NCBI GenBank assembly: GCA_965603825.1
Contig: CBFDEM010000033.1
Coordinates: forward strand, 434,001 to 498,000
Direction of reading: 5' to 3'
DNA: 64,000 bases
DNA from: Blepharisma stoltei ATCC 30299
Taxonomy: Eukaryota > Protista > Ciliophora
Within the stretch, counting starts at the first letter, position 1, and every line of letters begins with the position of its first letter. Below the pieces are notes generated by a model. That model was not told where the DNA came from, searched no databases, and worked only from the letters and a program-made list of their open reading frames with translations. Both the position numbers and the translations under genes were made by a program. Positions 26,031 through 39,926 of the stretch are shown piece by piece.

Positions 26031-27209
26031 ATGATAAAGCTTATTCATGGTGATGGTGATCATTACTCAAAGATTCACAAAAGGACAAGAAAAGCAGCAA
26101 TAAAGCAGCTTTTCAAGATCAAATCTGATCTTAAAAGATATAAATCAAAAATTATTCAAGAAGATCTATCCTTAATTAAGCAGATCCAAAGCACAGCTCA
26201 AGAAACACTTAAATTACTACATTTTCAAGACAGAGAGCTAAGTGATATTATTTTAAAAGTTCAAAATTTAAAAAGAATCGACAACTCTAAGGAAGCCACC
26301 TTTATAGAATCAATGCTTAAGCTGTCTCCAGTAGATCTGTCAAAAATTCAATCAATCAAATCTCCAGAATTACATATAAGACATATTGATTCTAAGTATA
26401 TTCAACAACTATTCGAACTAGATGAACTTTCTGAGGAAAATATTTTAATCGATATGAATTATCAAAATGAAAGCCACATAATCAAATTTATCCAAACCAT
26501 CAGCAACTCGATAGTCATTTTTGACGCTGAAGCTTTAACTTATGATAAGTTAAAATTGCCAGGAGAACTATGCTTTGACCAGTATGGAGCAACTTGCTTG
26601 CTACCTGATGGAAAATTCTTTTATAGTAATCTTACTTCAACAGTTTTAATAGATGCAGATGATTCTGTAAAACATTTACCAGATTGCTTAACAAGGAATT
26701 TAAATGCCAGCGCAATTTACAAGGATGGTTATATATATGTATTTGGTGGGTCTTACAACACTTCTGCTAAATATAGTATTGCTAAAAATATATGGACTCC
26801 ACTGTCGAAATTACCAAGAAGTATTGGACAACATGCTTCATGTTTCATTTTCAAGAATTATATTTTGATAGGATCGACAAAAACAAGCCAAATATTTTAT
26901 TATGATATCATCATAGATAGTTTTAATGAAATTTCATTCTCAAATATTTCATCATGAATCCCTAAAATCTTCTTTGTTGTCAATGAGACCTTATATTTTG
27001 CTGATTTTTCAAATAAGCAGTATAAAATATCTGATAATTTGGTGACTTGGAAAGAGATAGAAGATAACTCATTTACGCTAAATAGCACTACGCCTATTAT
27101 CTCTACTCCAATTATTTATAACCAAAAATATTATTATACAAATTATCGCATTATTTTAACATTTGATTTAAAGAAAAAGAGAATAGAGGAATTAAAGAAT
27201 ATATTTTAA
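26031..27209 (+). CDS. Coiled-coil + Kelch-like propeller family member lacking most of the N-terminal Zn finger
   Basis: Homologous to 27885-29174 (DQYGATCLLPDG, YKDGYIYVFGG); TGA 26955 is read through to TAA 27207-27209. Confidence 0.8.
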
Positions 27210-27884
27210 AAATAATAGAAAATTTAAATTAGATTTCTGACCTTATTTTATATTTACTCCAGCACTGCTTTGGATAATTTTAACGAAAATATCGTCTAGC
27301 ATTGTTTAAATTAAATCTAAAAAGGCATTGGCCGGCACTTTTATATTCTTACAAATTCAAAGTTTTTTTTAAAATTATCACTATGTTATCATTGCAATTT
27401 AAGAAAGTATGAATAATCGTTAGTTTCTAAACCTACACTCTAAAGGATCAACTCTAGCTGTTCATTTGTGCATTTGTTTCACTTTAAAATGCATATAGAT
27501 TATGCTTAGTCTAAAAAGAAAAGCAAATACCAACAATCAAAGAATAAGAGAAAATTGCGCGACAATACTTAATATTATTATGGCCAGTACTTTCACGTTA
27601 CATCGATGATATTAGGCAGTGTATAAATTTAAAGATATAATTGATAAACTAAGGCGTATAATTGACTCTATTATCTACAGTTAAGGGAGTAAATGACTAT
27701 TCCTTTAATGACTCAAAACATTCCAGAATCACTAAATTTTGGTTTTATATTAATAATAAGAAGATATTTACTAGACTATTATAAAGAGACTATTGTTTAT
27801 TGAATAGATTTTATAATTTAAAATTCTTATGCTTTTTATTTAAACAAAATATAAATATGCTTTAATAACTATGAAATTATAAAA

Positions 27885-29174
27885 ATGTCTGAAAAGTCAA
27901 AAAATTGCTTTATTAAAGATTGCTCAGCTGAGCCAATCGTTTTTTGCAATTGCAGAAGTGAACAAGTTTTTATTTGCAAAAGTCATGGGATTCTTCATTG
28001 TGAGTTAGAAGGAAAGCATCATTTTAGCAAAATTCACATAGAAATCGATAAAGAAACAAGGAAAGCAACTTTAAAACAGCTTTACAAACTAAAATTTGAC
28101 CTACAAGGCTATAAATCAAAAATAATTCAAGAAGAATTATCCTTGATCAAAGAGATCCATAGTGTAGCTCAAAAAGCACTCAAAAGCTTAAAAGCTCAGA
28201 ATCAACAAATTAATGAACATATATCAAAAGTATGCAACCTAAAAGAAATAGACAACTCTAAGGAAACTACCTTTATTGAGGCTTTACTAAAATTGTCTCC
28301 AAAAGATTTGCATAAAATTCAAGTAATCAAATCTCCGGAACTGCACATAAACCATATTAGTTCTGATGATATCGGGCAACTATTTGATTTAGAAGAAATT
28401 ACTAACCAAAATCTTAAGCTTGATGAGTCTGAACACCTATTGAAATATATATGGCACTTCTCCAGCACTACTTTAAATGTTTTTGACATAAAAACCTTAA
28501 AAGAAGATAAGATTAGTTTGAAGATGCCAAATGGCGAGACGCTTGACCAATATGGAGCAAAGTGCTTAATTCCTGATGGAAGTTTATTTTACAGTAACGG
28601 CCCAATAACTATGATTATCAATCCTAAACATGCAACCAAATTGCTTCCAAATTATTCACAGGAAAATTTAAATGCCTGGGCAATTTATAAAGATGGAGAT
28701 GTTTATTTACTTGGAGGATCTAGCAATATTTCAGCAAAATTTAATTTGGCCAAGAATAGATGAACTACTCTTATAAATATGCCTATAAATCTAGCGAATT
28801 ATACTTTTGGTGCTATTTTTAAAAATAATATTCTATTAGGGTCTATGAGCTCAGACAAAATACTTTCATATGATTTAGAAATAGACTCTTATAGTCAAAT
28901 TTCTACTCCGGCATTATCCATCTCGACTTCCAAAGCGCTTTTTGTGGAAAATGAGAATGTTTACTTAATTGAGTTTTCTCAACATATTTTTAGAAGTAGA
29001 GATAATCTCGCAACTTGGGATAATATTGGAACTAGTTCAATTTTAGCAAGCAATGCTCCTATTATCTCTACTCCAATTACGTATAATCACAAAGTTTATT
29101 TTGTGAATTATTATGGAATTTATTCATTTGACTTAAAGAAAAAGAAGATTGATAATGTGATTAAATTAGCTTAA
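27885..29174 (+). CDS. B-box-like Zn finger-coiled-coil-Kelch-like protein (429 aa)
   Basis: N-terminal CFIKDC..FCNC..FICKSHGILHC...HH, a helical region, then a propeller (CLIPDGSLFY, YKDGDVYLLGG..NR(TGA=W)). Confidence 0.85.
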
Positions 29175-29590
29175 ATTATAATAAGCTTTAAATATAATGC
29201 TTAAAACAATAGCTTCATTTTGGGAATCTTCTATTTCTGCTTTTAAATTCACATAAGTAATATTAAACAATTATTATATTTTACGCGTCAATATAGATCT
29301 CTCAAGCTTAAACTTCACCAGCAATGTAGGATTAATTTATAATAAATTCCATTGGTCTAATATATTTAGCTTTCTTTTTTTTAGATTTTCAATTCTAAGT
29401 GCTCTTTTATGATACTTAAAAATAAATCAGGATTTAACTGTTTAGATACCGAGCCAAATTTTTGGGTGCACATGATCCCTTTTATAAAAAAAAAACTTAA
29501 CAGATTCATAGGAATAAAATAATGACAATCATGACTTTAAAATAAAATTAATTATAAAATTCTTTTAAAAGCAGTTTAAGATTAATTAAA

Positions 29591-30411
29591 ATGTCTGAAG
29601 AGAAGAATAGTCATCTAATGGAGAATAACTTATCTGAATTAGCAGATGCTTCCAATCTAGATAATTCTATGCACACAATGAAGTTCATATATCCCTCTGA
29701 ATACCCTGCATTGAGCATTTTTGATGCAAAAACGTCACAAGTAGAAAATATAAGTTTGCCAGCAGATCAGGTACTTGACAAATACGGAGCAAAATGCTTG
29801 CTTCCTAATGGTAGCCTATTTTATGATAATGGCCCTATGACTATTATAATCGATTCTGAATATCATATAAAATCCTTGCCATGCAGCCCAGAGCAAAGTT
29901 TAGATGCATGCGCAGTCTATAAAGACGGACACATCTATCTACTTGGAGAACTTATAATAATTCAGCTAAGTTTAATATTGCTGATAATCTATGAAGTTCA
30001 CTTACAGCTTTACCATTAAGTTTAGGAAGCTATACTTTTGGAGCAGCTTTTAGACAAAATATATTGCTCGGATCTATGTGCACAAATAAAATAGTTTATT
30101 ATGATACCATAATTGATTCTTATAATGAAATTTTATTATTGGGTTTAAAGAGGATAAGCCCCAAAGCATTTTTTGTGATAAATGAAATAGTTTACTTAAT
30201 TGATTTTTCTCAATATATTTATCAAAGTGCAGATCATCTTGCGACGTGAAGCAATATCGGAGAAAGCGTAATCCTGGCTAGTAATGCGCCTATTATTTCA
30301 ACTATACTTATTTATAATCAAAAAGTTTATTTTGCTAATTATTATGCAATTTATTCATTCAGCCTAATGAAAACGAAAATAAAAAAAATAATAAATCTGA
30401 CCGATTTCTAA
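29591..30411 (+). pseudogene. Propeller-only Kelch-like paralog with a 1-nt deletion frameshift (~29948)
   Basis: ggagaactt here vs ggaggaactt in paralog 32254; homology continues in the shifted frame to TAA 30409-30411. Confidence 0.75.
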
Positions 30412-30564
30412 GATTATATAATCCATTCTGAGCTATATAAGAAGATATTTACTAGGCTATTATAAGAGACTATTGTTTATTGAATAAATTTTATAATATA
30501 AAATACTTATGTTTTTTATTTAAACAAAATATAGTAATGCTAAAATAGCTATGAAATTATTAAA

Positions 30565-31866
30565 ATGTCTAAAAAGCCAAAAAATTGCTTTATTAAGAAT
30601 TGCTCAGCTGAGCCCATCGTTTTTTGCAATTGCAGTTTTTGCAATTGCAGAAGTGAACAAGTTTTTATTTGCAAAATTCATGAGATCCTTCATTGTGAGT
30701 TAAAAGAAAAGCATCATTTTAGCAAAATTCACATAGAAATCGATAAAGAAACAAGGAAAGCAGCTTTAAAACAGCTTTACAAACTAAAATTTGACCTAAA
30801 AGGCTATAAATCAAAAATAATTCAAGAAGAATTATCCTTGATCAAAGAGATCAATAGTGTGGCTCAAAAAGTACTCAAAAGCTTAAAAGTTCAGGATCAA
30901 AAAATTAATGAATATATATCAAAAGCATGCAACCTAAAAGAAATAGACAACTCTAAGGAAACTACCTTTATTGAGGCTTTACTAAAATTGTCTCCAAAAG
31001 ACTTACATAATTATGTAATAAAATCTCCGGAACTACTCATAAACCATATTAATTCTGATGATATCGGGCAACTATTTGATTTAGAAGAAATTACTAAGCA
31101 AAATCTTGAGCTAGATGAGTCTGAACACCTATTGAAATATACATGGAGCGGCTCCAGCACTACCTTAAGTATTTTTGACGCAAAAACCTTAAAACAAGAT
31201 AAGATTAGTTTGAAGATTCCAAATGGCCAGAAGCTTGACCAATATGGAGCAAAGTGCTTAATTCCTGATGGAAGTTTATTTTACAGTAACGGCACAATGA
31301 CTATGATTATCGATCCTAAATATACAATCAATTTGCTTCCAAATTATTCACAGGAAAATTTCGATGCCTGAGCAATTTATAAAGATGGAGATATTTATTT
31401 AATTGGAGGATCTAGCAATATTTCAGCAAAAATTAATTTGGCCAAGAATAGATGAACTCCTCTTATAAACATACCTCTAAAGCTAGGGAGATATACTTTT
31501 GGTGTTATTTTTAAAAATAATATTCTATTAGGGTCTATGAACTCAAACAAAATACTTTATTATGATATAAAAATAGACTCTTATGGTCAAATTTCTACTC
31601 CGAGATTATCCAACTCAACTTCCAAAACGTTATTTGTGGAAAATGAGGACGTTTACTTAATTGAGTTTTCTCAACATATTTTTAGAAGTAGAGATAATTT
31701 TGCAGCATGGGATAACATTGGAACTAGTTCAATTTTAGCAGGCAATGCCCCTTTAATCTCTACTCCAATTACGTATAATCACAAATTTTATTTTGTGAAT
31801 TATTATGGAATTTATTCATTTGACTTAAAGAAAAAGAAGATCGATAATGTGATTAGATTAGCTTAA
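30565..31866 (+). CDS. B-box-like Zn finger-coiled-coil-Kelch-like protein (duplicate of 27885)
   Basis: One frame through two TGA codons; 12-nt internal duplication giving FCNCSFCNCR. Confidence 0.85.
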
Positions 31867-32253
31867 ATTATAATAAGCTTTAAACGTAATGCTTAGAACA
31901 ATAGCTTCATTTTTGGAATCTTCTATTTCTACTTTTAAATTCGCATGAGTAATAGTAAACAATTATTATATCTTGTGCATCAATATAGATCTCTCAAGCT
32001 TAAATTTCACCAGCAATGTTGGAGTTGTTTTATAATAAATTCCATCTGACGAGCCAATCCGCAACTTGTCAGAATACTTAAAAATAAATCAGGATTTAAC
32101 TGTTTAGATACCGAGCCAAATTTTTTTGGGGTACATGATCCCTTTTATAAACAAAACTGATAACAGATTCATAGGAATAAAATAATGTCAATCATGAGTT
32201 TAAAATAGCATCAATTATAAAATGCTTCTAAAAGATGTTTAAAATTAATTAAA

Positions 32254-33073
32254 ATGTCTGAAGAGAAGAATAGTCATCTAATGGAGAATAACTTATCTGA
32301 ATTAGCAGATGCTTCCAATCTAGATAATTCTATACACACAATGAAGTTCATATGAGCCTCTAAATGCCCTACATTGAGCATTTTTGATGCAAAAACGTCA
32401 CAAGTAGAAAATATAAGTTTGCCAACAGATCAGGTACTTGACAAATACGGAGCAAAATGCTTGCTTCCTAATGGTAGTCTATTTTATGATAATGACCCTA
32501 TGACTATTATAATCTATTCTGAATATCATATAAAATTTTTGCCGTTCCGCCCAGAGCAAAGTTCAGATGCATGCGCAGTCTATAATGACAGACAAATCTA
32601 TCTATTTGGAGGAACTTATAATAATTCAGCTAAGTTTAATATTGCTGATAATATATGAAGTCCACTTACAGCTTTACCATTAAGTTTAGGAAGCTATACT
32701 TTTGGAGCAGCTTTTAGACAATGTATTTTGCTCGGATCTATGTGCACAAATAAAATACTTATTATGATACCATAATTGATTCTTATAATGAAATTTTATT
32801 ATTGGGTTTAAAGAGGATAAGCCCCAAAGCATTTTTTGTTGTAAATGAAACAGTTTACTTAATTGATTTTTCTCATATATTTATCAAAGTACAGATCATC
32901 TTGCAACTTGGAGCAATATCGGAGAATGCTCAACCCTGGCTAGTAATGCGCTTATTATTTCAACCATACTTATTTACAATCAAAAAGTTTATTTTGCTAA
33001 TTATTATGCAATTTATTCATTCAGCCTAATGAAAAAGAAAATAAAAAAAATAATAAATCTTCCCGGTTTCTAA
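32254..33073 (+). pseudogene. Propeller-only Kelch-like paralog with two 1-nt deletions (~32760, ~32876)
   Basis: Aligned by eye to 29591-30411: atacttattat vs atagtttattat, and tctcatatat vs tctcaatatat. Confidence 0.75.
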
Positions 33074-33101
33074 GATTATATAAAAAAGTTAATTAAAATA
33101 A

Positions 33102-36100
33102 CTAGTTAAAGAATAAGAGAAATCCAGTGACAGCTAATATTATCGCACCACTATCATCACTCACTGGAGTTGTTGTATTAATTGTCACTGATGCTAAAGG
33201 AGTTGTAGAAGTATAGTCAATACAGCTTGGCCATAGTGGATAGCTATTGCATGCAGTAAAATAGCAATAATAAACTGTTCCTTGAGTCAACCCAGAAACT
33301 GTTAATGTTGTATTCACAGTAGCCGTACTATTTTCACAGTCTGCATAGGCTTCCAAAGAGTTGCCATCTAATCCATCTACAACCTGCCAAGCATAAACAT
33401 TTTTATCTGAAATCACACTTTCTGTACAAGACACACAAACAATTCCATCTTGCGTAGAAGTCGCTGTAAATACAGCTGACGTTTCTCCTACAGTCCCATT
33501 GACTGGAGCTGCAACCCAGCTTGGAGTAGTCTGAGTAGTCACGCTACCTGAGGACAAAGTGGGGGAAACTCCTACAAGTTTATATAAATCTGAGGTCAGC
33601 TGAATTTCATCAATATTCGCTATAATTTTGCTTGGAGAATAATAGGGCTTACTTCGATCATAAAGAACGTTATAAGTAAAGGCTGATCTCCCGATTGAAT
33701 CAATCAGCATCCTGCTTGAGCTTGATATATAAACTTGCCCAGTAAGCCATGCAGGGTTAATTCCCATGTTTTTAGCAATTGTCGATTTAATGCTAAACCC
33801 ACTGCTTTGTGCCACACTCCCTGCAAATGTAACAGTATAGGTTGAAAGTGTAGGAAGAGGAGCTGTTGTAAAGTTATTCGTTGTAGGAGTTGTGCTATTA
33901 ACAACTTCATTAGCAGCATAAGCTGTAAATGTATAATCTGTAGCACCCATCAGCCAATTCAAATCAATAGTAGCAGCTTCTCCTGCATAAATAACCTGTG
34001 AAGAAGTCCATGGAGTTGCACAATGTTCTTTATGCTTCCTTCTGAAAAATGACTGGATATCAGTGTCTCCTTTATTATAATCAGGAGCAGTCTCTGTAGC
34101 CTCATAATCAATGTCTAATTGTTCTTGAAGATAATAAGTGTCTGAGGCTCTTGTCACAAGATCTGCAGTTGCTGCTACGATTTCAGAAAATGATGGAATT
34201 ACAGATCCTTTGCAGGAAAGACTTCAGTATAGCACAATGTTTTGAGAACAAGTCGCTGTTATGACTGCTTCAGTGCCACTTTTTACAGCTGATGACAATG
34301 TGACAGTTGCTGAAACAGTTGTGCTAGAGGTTGTGGAAACACTTAGAGATTTAGATGTAGGCTGAACAAAAGCTGCCACATCGGTGCCTGTGAGGGTAAA
34401 CGAAAGAGTTGGAGAAGTAGCTGTATATGAGCTGGAGACAGTCAGTTGGAAGTATAAGACGTTGATATCTGGTTTAAATGCAAGAGATGAGGGGGTTATC
34501 GCAATTAAAGAGGTAGATGATCCAAATGAAGGAGTTATAGTCAAATCTGACGCTGGAGAGTTTGTAAGCGTAACTGCGATTGGGATGCTTTGGGCCCCGA
34601 TAATTAAATTAGGGATATCTGCAATTATAATTGTTGCTGCTGAAAGGGTGCAGACTTCAACTATGATACTCAAAGGAGCGCTATATTGATTAGATAATCC
34701 AGTTTGTGGAGTTTCGTTTACCGCCCAATCAATATAATAAATCCCTACAGCCGCCCCTGTGAGTGCTGAAACTCTGAAATTCAGGCTTGAGCACATCTGA
34801 TAAATTATTCAATTATAATGCGCTGAAGTATATTTCAATTTCCCACTGTCTGGATAATTAGTATTTGTAGTAGGAGTCAGCTTAAGCGATCTAGACTTCA
34901 ATGGCCAGTTGTCATCCAAAGTAATTGTAATATCGCTAGTTTGAGTTCCAGGAGCTACTTGGATTTTCCCATTTTTAGTTGCAGGATCATAAGAACCAAT
35001 TATCGCTGAAATAGTATTTAAAGAGTACCCTAAATATGCTGAATTAAGAATTCCATAGCTTTTAGCAGAAATTGCAGTGCTGGTTGCACTGATGGCTGAA
35101 ACAACAAATCGGCTCGTCCAATAATCAAAATTCCCATAAGTCGCAGTATAAATATTATCCCAGCCTACATCCGACCTATCAATTCCCCATTGAGGGTTAT
35201 TAATTGACGTCAAAGAAATTTGAACTCTTGAAGTGCTGGCAAAAGCTTGACTAGTGCCACTAGGAATTGCAAGGGTCACCTGCTGTCCACTGACTGCACA
35301 AGACGTAGCAGAAATCCATGATAAAGCTTTTGTATAGTCAGTTCCTGCACTATTAGACTCATCATAATAAGAAGTAGAGCAAGCTGTAGAAGTTCCAATG
35401 TATAATTGCAAATTAAATTGTTCAGGAAAAGTAATCACGAATTTGATATCATTTGTATAAGTAGCTGAAGCAACGTAGAAATCAAAGGTGTATTTTGAAG
35501 AGGCCACAAGCTGACTGGAGCTTGATAACACATCTTTCAAAATTATTGAGCTTGGGGAAACTGAAGTTGTAGTAACACTGGTGGTCGAGGTAAAATACGC
35601 TTTAACAGTTCCTGCTGAGGCATAGTGGTATATATTGAAATAACCAGTGGTGCCAGCCGCTGGATTTCTTACGCTTTGAACTGTAAGATCAAGGATTGTA
35701 GAAGCTGTAGATGTCTTAGAAATTCCATTTATAAGGAGATACCAATGATCAGAAGCACAGGAAACACTTCCCAGAGCAGTGGAATTGCAGCTTAATAGCC
35801 AAGTATTCGGTAAGCAATCAGAATACGTATTAATCGCATCTCCAATATATGGATCGAAATTCCTAGGAAACTGTATCACAAAGTAATCTCCGCTAGCCAC
35901 ATCTGCGCCACTGGAAAATGAAAACACATAAGTGGCAGCTTCGGCTGCATTTTTTACATCACTAATTTTCACTGAAGAAATCGCAATAAGTGTGCTAACT
36001 CCTGCATTAATTGTAAACGAAGTTCCTGGGTTCGGATCGCTTGTAATGGTTGTGCTTTGCCAAGACGTACTTATTTGCCAGCCAGAACTTGTCGCTCCTA

Positions 36101-39100
36101 CTGTTGATGGCAAACTCAATACAGAGTCAAGGTAAATTTGGATGGTTGTCCCAGCTATCAAATCTTTAGTGGTAGTAATTTCTAGTTTTGTGGTAGAAAT
36201 TATCGTGCATGACTTATAATCAATACTTGCCCAACAGTAGTCTTTGATATCTCCAGTTGAACGAGACCATGTCGCAAATCCTGGATTAATGCCAATAAGA
36301 CTGCCAGCTGGAAGTGCCTTAGAGAGTGAAAAGGACAAATAAATATCAACTCCTGAGGCTCCAGCGAAGTTAGGATATGCGGTTGCAGTTATGCTTGTTG
36401 AAGTTCCAGCAGTCCCTGGAGAAGTTAAAACTACATTTTGAGTTAAACCTGTCCCTGTATCGATATAATTGCTTTTTGCGTCTTGGGTTAAAACTGTTGT
36501 AAAGCATTGGTAATTTCCTGCTGATAATGGAGGAAGGACTTGAGGGATTGAGATATTTATAGTTCCTGATGGAATTGCAGCAAATTTAGTTATTGTTAGC
36601 ATAGATGATGCAATGCTGCAGGTCACTTTGTTAGTTGAGTCCATGTCAGATAGTCCTGAAGCTGTACAAGTTGATGAATAATATGACCAAGATGAGCTCA
36701 ATATAAGAGTAATTTTTCCACCCGCGGGGATTGGATTCGCAGTTACCAACGAAAGGCTTATTGTAATACTTACAGAGTCTGGGCCTGCTGCATATGTAGC
36801 AGAAGGGGTACAAGTCACAGTTCCTATTGATCCCAAGTTGACAATACCAGATAGGTGAGTTGCATCAGATATAGAGCAAGATCCACCAACTCCTCCAGAA
36901 GTAACCGCAAATAAGTTGAAATAAACAGTGTTTGAAGAAGAAGATGACCCAGCATATCCAGGTGCAACAACCCCTGTAACAGACATCGCTACATTCGTGC
37001 CGCTTGTAAATGCAAAAGTTGAGCTTGTGCTTATCCCTACTATAAATCCACCTTTTGAATAAGCATTGCTATTAGAAGCATAATAACTTGACGTCGGCAT
37101 AGCACTTGCCACTGAAATTGCCGGTGAGGATAAAGTAAATCCTACAGGAAGCCCAATCCCAATATAAGTATTTGAAGTCGTCGATGATGCTGCTTTAGCT
37201 GTGATAGTTAAGCTAGATGAAATTGAGACTCCCCAGCTGCTTGTTTGTGATCCAGAAGTCAATGAGGTTGTTCCAGAAGTCATAGACGTTATTTGGGTAA
37301 TTTGGCTCATATATAATGCATTTTTGATACTGGGGTCTGAAGAAGTGGTATAGTAAAGATAAGAAGTGCTGTCAAAGGTTGTTGCTCCAGAAATCACTCC
37401 CATTGCCAAAAATGTGCTGACGGTAGTGGAGGTTGCTATACTCCCTAGACCTGTAATTCTGATTGTGGTTGGATTTGAAATTGAGTATAATGTTGCAGAT
37501 ACAGATGATCCAGCTGATGATTGTAGAGGAATAGAGTCTCCTGCGTTTAAGCCAGTCCCAAGATCTCCTCCATTCGCAATCTGTATCTCTAAAACATAGC
37601 TGGCAGACCCAAAATCAATAGTCATTATTTTAGCTGTAAAAACACTTAAAAGGGGAATGCCAGGTGCATTATTATCCTTGCATAGTGGCTTAGCGTAGAT
37701 TCCAGATCCTCCATAGTCTTTAGTGAGCACTGAATAAACTGAGCTTCCTATTTCTTTAGAACTGCCTGTAGTTGACGTTGCATAGCATTCGTAGAACGTC
37801 CCTAAATTGGAAGAAACGTAAGGTAGAGCTGTCATGCTACCTCCAAAAGCAAAAATGAAATAATAAGAAGAGGTTGGAGCTGTTGTAAAGCCAACAGTTA
37901 TGGTACTCCCAGAAACTGTATAAGTGCCTTTAAGTGAAGACCCAGATAAAGCTGTGGCACTGCCAGAAAGAGCACTGTTTAATTCATATGCAGTAAATCC
38001 TGAACCGATATAAGGCTGAGTTAATGATAGTGCTGATGTAGACATTTGAAGAGTAATTGTTAAAGCTGTCGAAGTAGTCCATGTAGCAGCTGGTTTAAAT
38101 GCCCAGAATAAGTCATGAGATGTATCGGCACCATATAGAAAGCCAGTTGAATATGTCCCAGAATTGGCCAAGGCTGGGTATTTTGTATTTGTTGTATCTG
38201 ACGCATCTCCCATTGCATGGAATTTGAAATAATTATAAGCTAAATTAGCGCTGCTCAGCGTCCAGGACGGCAAACTTGCAGAATAATCAATATTATATGA
38301 TCCATTACTAGTTATAATTGATGCAATTTTGGGGCCTGAGCTAAAAGTAACCAATAAAGCTATGGTTATTGCCCCACTTTTTTTACCACTCGTAAAAGTA
38401 AGAGTAACTTGGGTGCTGCTATTAACGGTGCAAGAAGCCCCAGATATAGCAGGTGTTATATAGCACTGGCTTGATCCTGAACTTCCTGAGTTATCAAGCT
38501 CTGCTCACCATTTTCCTGAGATATCCACATTTGAGAAAACAATAACAGCGGTTCCACCTGCAGGGATGTCATGAGATGTTGTAAAAGCCACTTTTGTAAA
38601 AATCGTCATTCCTGATACCACATCAGTTGCTGAAATCCCGCTCACAGGAGTTCATGTAGCTGTAATTGAGCCATATGTAGGGGTTGCTGGACCACCTGGG
38701 GCAATATAGCTTGCAATTAAGGTGGAAGTTCCCCATCTCCAAATTTTTAATTTCCAAGTATTTGAGCTCGATGGCTGCTGATAGCCAGGGTATGTAAAAG
38801 TAGATACACTAAGCTTAATTGATAAAATGCTTGATGATAAGTAAACATCTTGCGAAAGTCCATATATATAAACGCTGTTTGAGCTAGAAGATACAGTTTG
38901 AGGACCTGTTGTAGAACTGCTTTGAGCTGCTAAAGCACAAGGCAAATTATTGTTTTTTGCGGGTCCATATAGAAGATTAATTGTCCCAGTCACTGTCACA
39001 GAAGCACAAGAAACTGACAAAGAAGGTGTGAACGTTGAAGGAGGTACGATTTCAATGATATCGTATTTTCATAAGCTTTGGATAATACTAAATGCAAAAT

Positions 39101-39599
39101 ATAAGGTATCAGTTGTCCCAACAATTGGACTTGCCGCAGCATTCGTTACAATTAATGTTGATGAAGTAGGGACAGAACTTGTAGTGGCCAGACAGCCGAA
39201 AATGTAATTTGCATCATAAATTTGTCCGGTGGATGAAGATCGGGTTATAAGAACAAAAGGTCCGTAAACACCTGGAGATGATGGTAAAGTAATTGAAGTA
39301 GTGCTGAGAGATTGATCTTGGTTCTGCACGAAGTTTCCTGAAAGATAAAAAGGACCTCCAGATAAGCCAGATGGAAGATCTACTTCTAGAATGCCATTGG
39401 AAAGAGTGGTGCTAGGCCTGAAAGTAAAAGTTAATATAACACTTGATCCTGCATTAGTTTGAGAGACTTGAATTGGGCTGCTTACCCAGGTTTCTTTTGG
39501 TCATAAAATTCTGCCAGGGTCAAGAGTAGAATCTTTAACTCCAATTGAAAGGCAAGCAGCTAGTCAGATTTGAGCTATGAGAGCTATAAAGATTTTCAT
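33102..39599 (-). CDS. Giant (2165 aa) Ser/Thr-rich cell-surface protein, signal peptide and GPI-type C-terminus
   Basis: Five ORF-track fragments lie in one frame joined by TGA. N-terminus MKIFIALIAQIWLAACLS; repeated beta-sandwich-like units (..F....LPAG..I.I..P); C-terminus DDSGAIILAVTGFLLFFN-stop. Confidence 0.9.
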
Positions 39600-39926
39600 T
39601 TGGATTAAATAAAACAGAAATTAAAATAATTAAAATAAAAAGAATTATCTTAAACAAATTCAAAATTAATTAATAAATATAATTAATGAATCAAAGATTT
39701 AAAGATAAAAACAAATTATCAATAATTGAACAATTTATCATCAAACTAACAAACTTTTCTAAGTCTTTATAAGATATTCAAAAATGATTTGCAAAATAGT
39801 TGCTTTAAGCAATAAATTGCATTCAAATATCATCTGCTTATAGAACAAAAATATGAAATGAGGCTCCTTGAGCACAAGAAAAGCTATTATTATCTCTAAA
39901 AATATGGGGTTTTTCTATCTTAATTT

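Larger units (their letters stand above)
27757..33080 (+). repeat. Tandem duplication of a ~2.68 kb two-gene unit (~27757-30437 and ~30438-33080)
   Basis: Both units start taagaagatatttactag.ctatta and carry a full-length gene plus a propeller-only gene with conserved intergenic DNA. Confidence 0.9.

Noticed and set aside
34384-39207. Plus-strand ORFs inside the giant surface-protein gene
   Set aside because: Antisense shadows caused by Ser/Thr codon bias.
5128-39599. Many genes appearing as nonsense-riddled pseudogenes in the ORF track
   Set aside because: The breaks are in-frame TGA at Trp positions or micro-introns; the genes are intact under UGA=Trp.
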